From: an uncultured Acidobacteriota bacterium
Lineage (GTDB): Bacteria > Acidobacteriota > Vicinamibacteria > Vicinamibacterales > CAVVIG01
NCBI GenBank assembly: GCA_963695635.1
Contig: CAVOHK010000005.1
Span: forward strand, 66,821-130,820
Length of the DNA stretch: 64,000 nucleotides
Reading direction: 5' to 3'
The position numbers and the translations under genes were made by a program. The first letter of the stretch is position 1. Each line of letters begins with the position of its first letter. The notes beneath the pieces are model-generated. The model searched no databases and was not told the origin of the DNA. It saw only the letters and a program-made list of their open reading frames with translations. This document shows, piece by piece, positions 34,900-43,371 of this stretch.

Positions 34900-35388
34900 A
34901 TGCGTTTCGCAATCATTGGAGCCTTGCTACTGTTGCCAGTCTTCCTGACGGCGCAGACGCCGCGGCCGCATATCAAGCGGACGAATCCGCCGACGCTATC
35001 GAAGCCGACCGGATACACCCATGTGGTTGAAACGGTCGGCGCGGTGAAGACCGTTTATATCTCGGGCCAGATCGCCTTTGATGGCAACGGCAACGTCGTC
35101 GGGGCCGGCGACATGAAGGCGCAGGCCGAGCAGGTGTTCAAGAATCTCGAGACGGCGCTCCGCGCGGCCGGTGCGACTTTTGCGGACGTCGTGAAGATGA
35201 ACAGCTACACCACCGACATGTCGAAGGTCGCCGACGTTCGCGAAGTGCGGGCTCGATACTTTGGCGCGAACGCACCGGCCAGCACCTTTGTGGAAGTGAA
35301 AGGGCTGGTGCGACCCGAACTGATGTTGGAAATCGAAGTGATTGCCGCTGTCCGCGAAGGCGTCGGTGTGAGGCCTGTTTCGCAGTAG
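34900..35388 (+). CDS. RidA/YjgF-family protein with an N-terminal signal-like peptide
   Basis: YISGQIAFDGNGNVVGAGDMKAQAEQVFKNLETALRAAGATFADVVKMNSY and LEIEVIA. The N-terminus is MRFAIIGALLLLPVFLTAQT. Confidence 0.88.
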   Translation: MRFAIIGALLLLPVFLTAQTPRPHIKRTNPPTLSKPTGYTHVVETVGAVKTVYISGQIAFDGNGNVVGAGDMKAQAEQVFKNLETALRAAGATFADVVKMNSYTTDMSKVADVREVRARYFGANAPASTFVEVKGLVRPELMLEIEVIAAVREGVGVRPVSQ

Positions 35389-36336
35389 ATGACGACGCTC
35401 GACGCGCTCGAGCGTTGGCGAGCCACCGGGGCGATCACCGGTGAGCAGCATGCCGTGCTCACGACGATCGTCCGCAAAGATCGCTTTTCGGTCTTCCTCG
35501 AACTGAACGCCCTGTTTTATCTGGGCGTGCTGTCGTTCGTCGCCGGCCTTGGTTGGACGGTATACGAACACTTTGCGCGCTTGGGCGACGCCGCGGTCGT
35601 CGTGCCGCTCGGCGCAGTCTTCGCTGCCTGTCTTTACTACTGCTTCGCTCACGCGCGGCCGTACGATCCAGGTCGCGTCGACTCGCCGAACTTCGCCTTC
35701 GACTACGTGCTCTACCTCGGATGCCTGGTTTTCGCCGTCGAGCTTGGCTACATCGAGTTCCGTTTTCAGCTGCTGCGCGCGAACTGGGATTTCTACCTGC
35801 TCGCGTCGGCGATTCTCTACTTCGCGCTCGCCTATCGATTCGACAACCGATTCGTTCTGTCATTGGCACTCTCGACGCTTGCCGGGTGGTTCGGCGTGCG
35901 CTTTACCATGCTCGGGTTTCATATCGCCGGCTCGTTGCGCGGCGATGCCCTGGCCTACGCGACGGTTACTGCCGCGGTTGGATGGTCGCTGTATCAGTTG
36001 GCGATCAAGCCGCATTTTCTTGAAACCTATCTCCATGTCGCCGTGAACGCCGCGCTCGGAGCGCTGCTGTCCGGCGTCTTCGACAGTGACTACCGCAGCC
36101 TGTGGCTGGTCGCGTTGCTGGTGGGGAGTGGGGTGACGATTTACCGTGGCGTGCAGGGACGTCGATTCGTCTTCGTTGTTTACGGCGTGATCTATGGTTA
36201 CGTTGGATTGAGCTCGCGGGTGCTCGGGTCGCTGAAGGGGGGCATCTCGCTGATGTTCGCTTATTTCATCGTTTCCGGCATCGCTGTGCTGGTGGCGCTC
36301 GTCGCCTTGTCGCGGCGGGTGGGACGCGAAGAATGA
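35389..36336 (+). CDS. Hypothetical polytopic membrane protein (DUF2157-like?)
   Basis: 315 aa with a soluble N-terminal ~25 aa followed by many TM helices. Its stop overlaps the next ATG (ATGA). Confidence 0.6.
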   Translation: MTTLDALERWRATGAITGEQHAVLTTIVRKDRFSVFLELNALFYLGVLSFVAGLGWTVYEHFARLGDAAVVVPLGAVFAACLYYCFAHARPYDPGRVDSPNFAFDYVLYLGCLVFAVELGYIEFRFQLLRANWDFYLLASAILYFALAYRFDNRFVLSLALSTLAGWFGVRFTMLGFHIAGSLRGDALAYATVTAAVGWSLYQLAIKPHFLETYLHVAVNAALGALLSGVFDSDYRSLWLVALLVGSGVTIYRGVQGRRFVFVVYGVIYGYVGLSSRVLGSLKGGISLMFAYFIVSGIAVLVALVALSRRVGREE

Positions 36337-37487
36337 GAGCCTACTCGCGCGACGACGAGGAACGCGTCCGCCTGCAGGCACAGGTGCGGGAGTGGGCAGG
36401 GGCCGGCCTGATCGACGCCGCTGTCGGCAGTGCGCTCGACGCTGAACTCCGCACCGATCTGCGCCGCACCAACTCAATGCTCCGCAGCGTGCTCGCGTTC
36501 TTTACCGCCATTATCGTCGCCGCGGTGGCCGGCTTCGTCGTCGCATTTTTTCAGATTCGCGACGATCGGAGCATTGCCTGGTGGCTGATGATCGCTGCCA
36601 CCGTGTCGATCGTTGCAACCGAACGGTTGATTGCAACGGCGCGACTTTACCGGTTCGGCGTCGAAGAGGCGCTGGCGATGATGGCGGTCGCGCTCGGAAG
36701 TCTGTCGGTGGTGCTGGCGGACGAGGCCTCGACGACGGCGTTGGCGGTGTTGGCGTTCGCCGCCGTCGCCTGCATCGCCATCTTTGCGCGCTACGGGCTG
36801 GTTTACGCCGGCGTGGCGTCGCTCGCGTGCGCGGCGCTGATGCCGTTCCAACTGCACCTTGCCGAGTGGATCGAGCGCACCCTTTCCGCAGCGCTACTGC
36901 TGGTCGCGTTCGTCGCGGCGCGCGGTCATCATCTGCGGCACGGCGACGACTATCCAGGCGACGAATCGGCAGTACGACAAGCCGCCGCCTGGCTGGGCGC
37001 CTACCTGGTGATCAACGTTCAGATCACTCTTCAGTTGCTGGTCGGCCTCGCTCAATCGCCGGGCGCGCGAGGGTTTTACTGGACGACATACCTGCTGACC
37101 TGGGCGATGCCGGCTGTCGGGTTATGGCTGGGACTTCGGGAAAAAGATCGACCGTTTATCCGAGCGAACCTGGTGCTCGCGATCGTCACGATCGCAACCA
37201 ACAAGGCGTATCTCGGGTGGCCGCGGCATTCCTGGGACCCGATGATTCTTGGAGCCCTGTTGTTCGGCGCGGTGCTCGTGATTCGGCGATGGCTCGCGAG
37301 TGGTCCGGGGGCGCAGCGGTCTGGATTTACCGCGTCGCGAATCCTGGAAGGCGATCGTGACGTTGTGACCGCGCTCGGCCACGCGTCGGCGCTCTGGCAA
37401 CCCCATGCCGCCGCACCGCCCGACCGATCCGAACCCGGTTTCGGGGGCGGCCGGTCAGGCGGGGGCGGAGCAACGGGAACTTTCTAA
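36333..37487 (+). CDS. Hypothetical polytopic membrane protein with a Gly-rich C-terminus
   Basis: The ATG at 36333 is in frame within ORF 36102..37487 (MRAYSRDDEERVRLQAQVREWAGAGLID..). It ends ..GFGGGRSGGGGATGTF. Confidence 0.6.
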   Translation: MRAYSRDDEERVRLQAQVREWAGAGLIDAAVGSALDAELRTDLRRTNSMLRSVLAFFTAIIVAAVAGFVVAFFQIRDDRSIAWWLMIAATVSIVATERLIATARLYRFGVEEALAMMAVALGSLSVVLADEASTTALAVLAFAAVACIAIFARYGLVYAGVASLACAALMPFQLHLAEWIERTLSAALLLVAFVAARGHHLRHGDDYPGDESAVRQAAAWLGAYLVINVQITLQLLVGLAQSPGARGFYWTTYLLTWAMPAVGLWLGLREKDRPFIRANLVLAIVTIATNKAYLGWPRHSWDPMILGALLFGAVLVIRRWLASGPGAQRSGFTASRILEGDRDVVTALGHASALWQPHAAAPPDRSEPGFGGGRSGGGGATGTF

Positions 37488-37499
37488 AACGCGAAATCC

Positions 37500-37566
37500 G
37501 AACGCCGAGCTCGCCAAGAACGCCGAGAAACAATTGTTCTCTGCGGCCTCGGCGAGCTCGGCGTTC
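37500..37566. repeat. REP-like palindrome of the GAACGCCGAG family
   Basis: GAACGCCGAGCTCGCCAAGAACGCCGAGAA, loop acaatt, then GTTCTCTGCGGCCTCGGCGAGCTCGGCGTTC. It lies between convergent genes. Confidence 0.85.
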
Positions 37567-37575
37567 AACGTGTTC

Positions 37576-40500
37576 TCAGAACAAGAACTTCGCCGCGAAC
37601 TGAATCTGCCGCGCCGACCCGGAGTCGCCGGTCGGGAAGCGGGTATTCGAGATCACGCCGAACGACGTGCTGCCGACGGCGGCCGTGCGGCCCGGCTGGC
37701 CGAGGTTCCCCTGGTTGAACAGGTTGAACATTTCGACGCGGAACTGAGCGCGCGAGCTGCCGACCAGCTTGATGTTCTTGATGAACGACAGGTCCGTATT
37801 GCCGAAGCCCGGTCCGTACATCACGTTCCGTCCAAGGTTACCGAAGTGCGCGACGCCCGCTGCGTTGTACGGCAGCGCGAAGATCGACGAGGACGTGCAG
37901 GCGCCGGCGGTTCCCGCGGCAATGCGCGGATCGCAGACCGTCGTCTGGCCGTCAAACCACTGGTAGCTCACCGGGAAACCATTCTTGTCGTTGTTCGGTG
38001 TCGCCACGATGGACGGCAGCGTTCCGATGAGATCCGGCCGGACCGTTGCGGTGCCAGTAATCGTCGTGATGTTCGTGACGATGTTGAACGGGTTGCCGGT
38101 CTGGGCCTGCTCGACGACGACGATCTGCCATCCGTCCTTCAGGCGGTTGCCGTGGAACGGAAGATCCCACGACGCGTTCACCGACATGCGGTGGCGGACG
38201 TCGAAGTCCGATGCCCCCACCTGAGCCGGCGAGGTTCGTGTTGTCCTGGGCCGTCAAGGTGCCGTCGTACGAGTTCGTGTCCGTCGACTTCGACAGCGTG
38301 TACGAGCCTGAGAGCTGCAGGCCGTGCGAGTAGTGGTGGTTCGCCGTCACCCACAGCCCTTTGTAATCCGACCAGCCGAGGCTGGTTGCTTCCGTGATGT
38401 TGCCAAGCGCCGCACCGGGAAGAATCGGCGAGGTCGCCGAGAGCTTGGGATACGGACGCACCGTGCCGCCCGGCGTCGTGAACTGATTCAGGTTGATCGG
38501 AATGCGCTGCCGGTCGCCGTGCGATCCGAAGTAGCCGACCATCACGCCCATGCGGCCGATCTCTCGCTCGACGTTGACGTTCCAGGACTGCATCCGACCC
38601 GGCAGGAAGTTCGGGTCGGTGAAGGTCGGCGCGGACGACGTCGCCGCGCCCGCTCCGTTGATGGCGTTGTCCAGCTTGATGTTGCTGGCCGCCGTGCCGC
38701 TGGCTTGCGCCGACAGCGGCGTCACGATCGGCGGATTCCCGGTCTCGCCGGTAAAGTAGCCGGTGTTGCTCTGGTTCACCATGACGGCATAGGCGCCGCG
38801 GACCGACAGTCTTGCCATCACCCGTGGGGTTCCAGATGACGCCCGACGCGCGGCTGGAAGTCGCTGCCGTTTTTGGTGACCTGCGTGAACCCGCCCGGGC
38901 CGTTGATCTGCAGCAGCGACTGCGTCGCCGGATCGAACGCGACGAGCTTGTCGTCAGCCTCGGTCGGCGACGGCAGGTAGTCGTACCGCAGGCCGAGATC
39001 GAGCTTCACGTTCGAGCCGAGCGAGACTGAATCCTGGACGAAGGCGCCGATGGCGTTCACGTAGGCGTTGAACGCCTGCGTGCCGAGTGTGGTGGCAAAG
39101 GCGCTGCCGAATCCCTGCTGAAACGCTGCGACGCTGGGATAGGTGAAGGTGCCCGGATTCTGGCTGAAGCCGTAGTGCTTGACGCGCCGGGCTTCGCCGC
39201 CGAACTTGATGATCTGCTTGCCGTGCAGATACGTTGCGGTGTCGCCCACCGCGAACGTCGTCACCTCGCGGCCGCTCGGGAACCCGGCCGGACCTCCGAA
39301 GATCAGGCCCGGACCGGAAATCGTGATCGCCGGCAGCGCGATCGGCATGGTCGTTTGGCCGACGTTGATGCCGAGAGCGTTCGTGTCGACGAGCGTCTGC
39401 GGGATGAAGCGTGATGCTGATCCGGTTGTATCCGGCGCGCACTTCGTTCACCAGCGCCGAGTTGAAGATGTGCGTCTCGTTGACCGTCATGATCTGGCGG
39501 TGTCCGCCGCGCCGGTCCGGGAAGCCCGGCACAGTCTGTCCCTGCGCGTTCGACTCCAGGCGGGAGTCCTTCTGGAACGCGTAGTAGAAATGGAGGTCGT
39601 CGCTCTGCCGCAGGTTGTTGCGTGAATCGATCGTGTATTGATCGATGGTGACCGGCGCCAGCGGCGAGCTGATCGCGCGCGTACCGGTCAGGTCGTTGGC
39701 CTTCGGGATGTACTGGAGCAGATTCTTCGCCGTCGGATCGGTGACGCCGGCGCGTTGCGCGTCGGTCAGCGTGCCGGAATTCAGGTCGACGCCCTGCTCG
39801 TGGCGAAGCCCTTCGTAGCTGCCGAAGTAGAACGACCGGTTCTTCACCACGGCTCCGCCGAGGTTGACGCCGAACTGCTTCCGGTTGAACAGCGATTGCT
39901 GCGTGGTATTGCCCGACGTGTCGATGCTCGGCGGGATTGAAGTAGTTGCGCGAATCGAACTGGTCGTCGCGGTAGAAGTCGAACGCTTCACCGTGCATCT
40001 GGTTGGCGCCCGATCGCGTCGCGACGTTGACGATGGCGCCCGAGTTGCGGCCGTACTCGGCGCTGAACGTCGAGTTGTCCACCTTGAATTCCGACACCGT
40101 GTTGATCGACGGCTGGAACGTGACCTGCGAGTTGGACAGGTCGTTCAGGTTGATCCCGTTCAGCATCATGTTGACGGACGTCTCACGGTTGCCGGCCGAC
40201 ATGAACGAAAACGATCCCTGGCCGCGGAGCGGCGCGCTGAGGCCCGCGTTCTGTGGCGACGTCGAGCCGCCGGGCATCAGCGGACCGAGGTCGACGAAGT
40301 GGCGCCCGTTCAGCGGAATTTCCTGCACGGTCTTTTCCTGCCATCGCCTGGCCGACCGACGTCGTCGCGGTATCGATCAGCGGGGACGAACCGGTCACCG
40401 TCACGTTTTCGGAAAGCGACGCCGAGGCCGAGCTTCAAATTGAGAACGATCGTCTGGGCAGGCCCGAGATCGGTTTCGCCGTTCTGGTCCTTGAAGCCTT

Positions 40501-40744
40501 CCAGGTGCGCAACGACCGCGTAGTGGCCGGGCGGCAGCGATGCCGCGACATACTGCCCAGCGTTGTCGCTGACCGTCGTCCGTTCGATGCCGGTCGCGAC
40601 GTTGCGGATCGTCACCGTGACGCCCGGCATGACCGCACCCTGCGCGTCGGTGAGCAATCCCTGAAGGGTGGCGGTCGATTGGGCGTGTGCCGGGACGACC
40701 GAAACGAGAGCGACCGCCAGGACGAAGGAAACGAAACGAACCAT
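37576..40744 (-). pseudogene. Outer-membrane TonB-dependent-receptor-like protein with CarboxypepD_reg N-terminus, at least 6 frameshifts
   Basis: N-terminus MVRFVSFVLAVALVSVVPAHAQ..GVTVTIRNVATGIERTTVSDNAGQYVAASLPPGHYAVVAHLEGF is in ORF 40310..40744. Other pieces are ORFs 39303, 38954, 38818 and 37952. The C-terminal ORF 37576..38220 ends ..QFAAKFLF. Confidence 0.8.
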
Positions 40745-40877
40745 CGATCCTCCTTATGCGAACAGTGGCTGAAATTGGCATCGGATCGTAACGGGTTGCC
40801 TGCCCGCCAAATCACAAGGAAATCAAAAGGAAGGCGATTCTTGCAGCGGTCTACGGAAGGATGGATCGAAGATACCC

Positions 40878-40920
40878 AAAAAAGCGAAGGGCGCGGCCAG
40901 GTTTCCCCGACCGCGCCCTT
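40878..40920 (-). terminator. Rho-independent terminator of the radical SAM gene
   Basis: The minus strand reads AAGGGCGCGG, a loop, CCGCGCCCTT, then cgCTTTTTTGG. Confidence 0.65.
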
Positions 40921-40935
40921 AAGGGTCGTTAGATC

Positions 40936-40970
40936 CTAATCCCTGAATCCCCAATCCCCAATCCCTAATC
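40936..40970. repeat. Tandem heptamer repeat AATCCC(C/T) x4-5
   Basis: TAATCCCTGAATCCCCAATCCCCAATCCCTAATCAC sits immediately 3' of the radical SAM stop and before its terminator. Confidence 0.8.
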
Positions 40971-40971
40971 A

Positions 40972-43134
40972 CTACACGATCGGCTTGTGCAGCACTTCCG
41001 CCGGCTCCTGGGCCTTCTTCTTGCCGCCCAGGCCCTGAATCTGCAGGGTCGGTTGCTCTTTCAGCACGTGCTGGCGATAGAGCTTGGCCATTTCGGCGTC
41101 GCGCGCGAGTTCTTCGGGCGTCCTTGTCTTGTCCGGGGCCCCTCCCCCGGAGTGCTTGTCCGGGCTCCTCCCCCGGAGTGCTTCCGCGCCTGCGCCGCCA
41201 GCTTCTCTTCACGCGCGTTCTTGGCGATACCGAGATCGTCGAGGTCGGTCTGCGCGCCGGCGGCCACGGCCTCGTCGTTCAGCACCAACGAATGTTCGTT
41301 CGAATTCAGCTGCACGCTCTTGCCGCCGGCGAAGATTTCGTGGCGGCCGTGCTCCTCGTACCACTTGGTGAGCGTGGCCGTCATGTGCATCTTTTCAATA
41401 ATGTTTCTCCAGCCGATGCCGGTGTTATACGCGCAGAAGGAAATTTCGCCCTGCTGCGTGGCATACGGGATGATGCACATCTCGGTGCGACGGAAGTCGT
41501 AGTTGAAGAGATCCTGGAACCACATGCCGGCGACGAACAGGAAGTTCCAGCGATCGGCGCGGCGCTTCGCGATGTCGTCCATCGTCCGATCGCCCTCAAC
41601 CCGGCCGTACTTGCCCTTTTCCGCCGACTTGGTCGCACCGAAGGTCTTGTCGAACTTCTTCAGCAGATCGGTCAGCTTGAAGTGGGTCGGCGAGTTGAAC
41701 GAATCGTAGTTGCGGACGAGCGACAGCGCCATGCCGAACACCGACAGGAATCGGCCGCGGCCCGCGTCTGTCACCTGGGCAATATCCTTGGCGAGTTGTT
41801 CAGCCTTGAGGAACTTGGTGACGGGAACCGCTTCTTTGGTTTCCTTGTCGATCATGATCGCCATGCCGACGCCGCAGTTCGGGTGGCAGCCGCAGGTCAG
41901 CTGGCCGAATTCCTTTTCGGCGCCGTGCGTCACGTCGGCCCAGTCGGTGAAGCTGCCCATGAAGGAAATCGGGAACCAGTCACGGACCGGCTCGCCGATA
42001 CCGGTCTGGTTCTTCACGTCGTGCGCGAGGTGCGACAGCGTGTAGCGCTGCGCCGCGCGCCGCTCCGGCGTCACTTCTTCGTCCCGGCCGGTGAACGATA
42101 CCGGCTGGAACGAGAGGAAGTTGATCTTCTTCGGGTTGTCGAGCGCGAACTCGATGATGCGTCCGACCTGCTCGTTGTTGACGCCGTTGACGATCGTCAC
42201 GACCGGCACGATGTCGACGCCGGCGCTGTAGAGGTTCTCGATCGCGCGCAGCTTTACGTCGAACAGGTTGCCGACGCGGCGGTGCGAGTTGGCCGCGTTG
42301 CCGATGCCGTCAAACTGCAGGTAGGCGTAGCGCAGTCCCGCTTCAGCGGCCGCCTTGGCAAACTCCGGGCTCTTCGCGAACTCGATGCCGTTGGTGGCGG
42401 CCTGAACGCTGTTGTAGCCGACCTTGCGCGCGTAGCGAACGGCGTCAAGGAAGTATGGGGAGATCGTCGGCTCGCCGCCCGAGAACTGGACCGACATCTG
42501 TCGGCGCGGCTTGATGGTGATCGCGTTGTCGAGCACCGTCTTGATGTCTTCCCAGCGACAGCTCATGCACGAAACCAACCTGGTTCGCGTCCATGAAGCA
42601 TGGGTCGCACATCATGTTGCAGCGGTTCGTCAGGTCGACCGTAAGCACCGAGCCGCGGCCGTGCTTGATGGTGCTCGAGCCGTGGTTGTGCAGCTTATCG
42701 TCGTTATGGGCGCGGATGTCGCGGCCTGGGAACACTTCTTCGAGATGCTTGAAGAAATCGGTGTCGATCGCCATCACGTCCTCGAAGTGGCCGTGAATCG
42801 GGCAATCCTTCACCATGAGGATCTTGCCGTCGCGCTCGAGAATCGTCGCTTTGATTTCGCCGACCTTCTCGTTCAGCAGGACGCTGACGTCTTTCTTACC
42901 GTCGAGAATCGCCTGCCGCGCTTCGCGCGTGCAGGTCGGGCACAGCGAGTCGGTCTCGCGCGGCCAGCCAAGTGGCGGTTTCGTCTTTTCGTAAGACTTC
43001 AACAGCGGCTTGTCGGACCACTTCGGCGTAAAGGAAGGTCGCTGGTTGATTTTGTTCAGCGCATTGAAGACCACCCACGCACCGTTCGCGGCAATCGACA
43101 GGCCCTTCTCGGCGTATTTGATAGGCTCGTGCAT
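40972..43134 (-). pseudogene. Radical SAM protein, Tes/GDGT-MAS (membrane-spanning lipid synthase)-like; 1-nt indel near 42555 and a 26-nt tandem duplication at 41131-41183
   Basis: ORF 42445..43134 has SLCPTC...DCPIHGH and TNRCNMMCDPCF. ORF 41061..42578 has FSGGEPT and CGCHPNCG. My own third frame gives the end ..PDKTRTPEELARDAEMAKLYRQHVLKEQPTLQIQGLGGKKKAQEPAEVLHKPIV with TAG at 40972. Confidence 0.8.
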
Positions 43135-43230
43135 CCCTAAATAATAGAGGACAAACAGCTTACTGGATTACGTTTTCGGTGAACGGGCGTACGGACGGTG
43201 TGAAATGGCAGGAATCGCTGGTCGGATGGC

Positions 43231-43253
43231 CAAAAGACGACCGCAGCGGTCGG
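43231..43253 (-). terminator. Weak hairpin plus T-tract downstream of the receptor gene
   Basis: The minus strand reads CCGACCGCTGCGGTCG then TCTTTTGG. The stem is short. Confidence 0.3.
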
Positions 43254-43271
43254 AGTTTTGGCGGATCGTTT

Positions 43272-43366
43272 AGGGGACTGAGGGACTAGGGGGACTGAGG
43301 GACTGGGGAACTGCGGGCTGGAGTGACTCAGGACTAGTTTCCTAGTCCCCTAGTCCCCCAGTCCCC
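43272..43366. repeat. Tandem 7-9 nt repeat hairpin, unit G(A/G)GGGACT(G/A) with complement AGTCCCC(T/C)
   Basis: AGGGGACTGAGGGACTAGGGGGACTGAGGGACTGGGGAACTG...CCTAGTCCCCTAGTCCCCCAGTCCCC. It starts 6 nt after the stop at 43372. Confidence 0.85.
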
Positions 43367-43371
43367 ATTCT

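Noticed and set aside
34900-35388. A secreted RidA as something unusual
   Set aside because: The signal-like N-terminus is clear, but exported YjgF/RidA-family members are known. Nothing else at the locus suggests a special role.
41124-42596. 490 aa plus-strand ORF
   Set aside because: It is antisense to the radical SAM gene, whose motifs are unambiguous on the minus strand.
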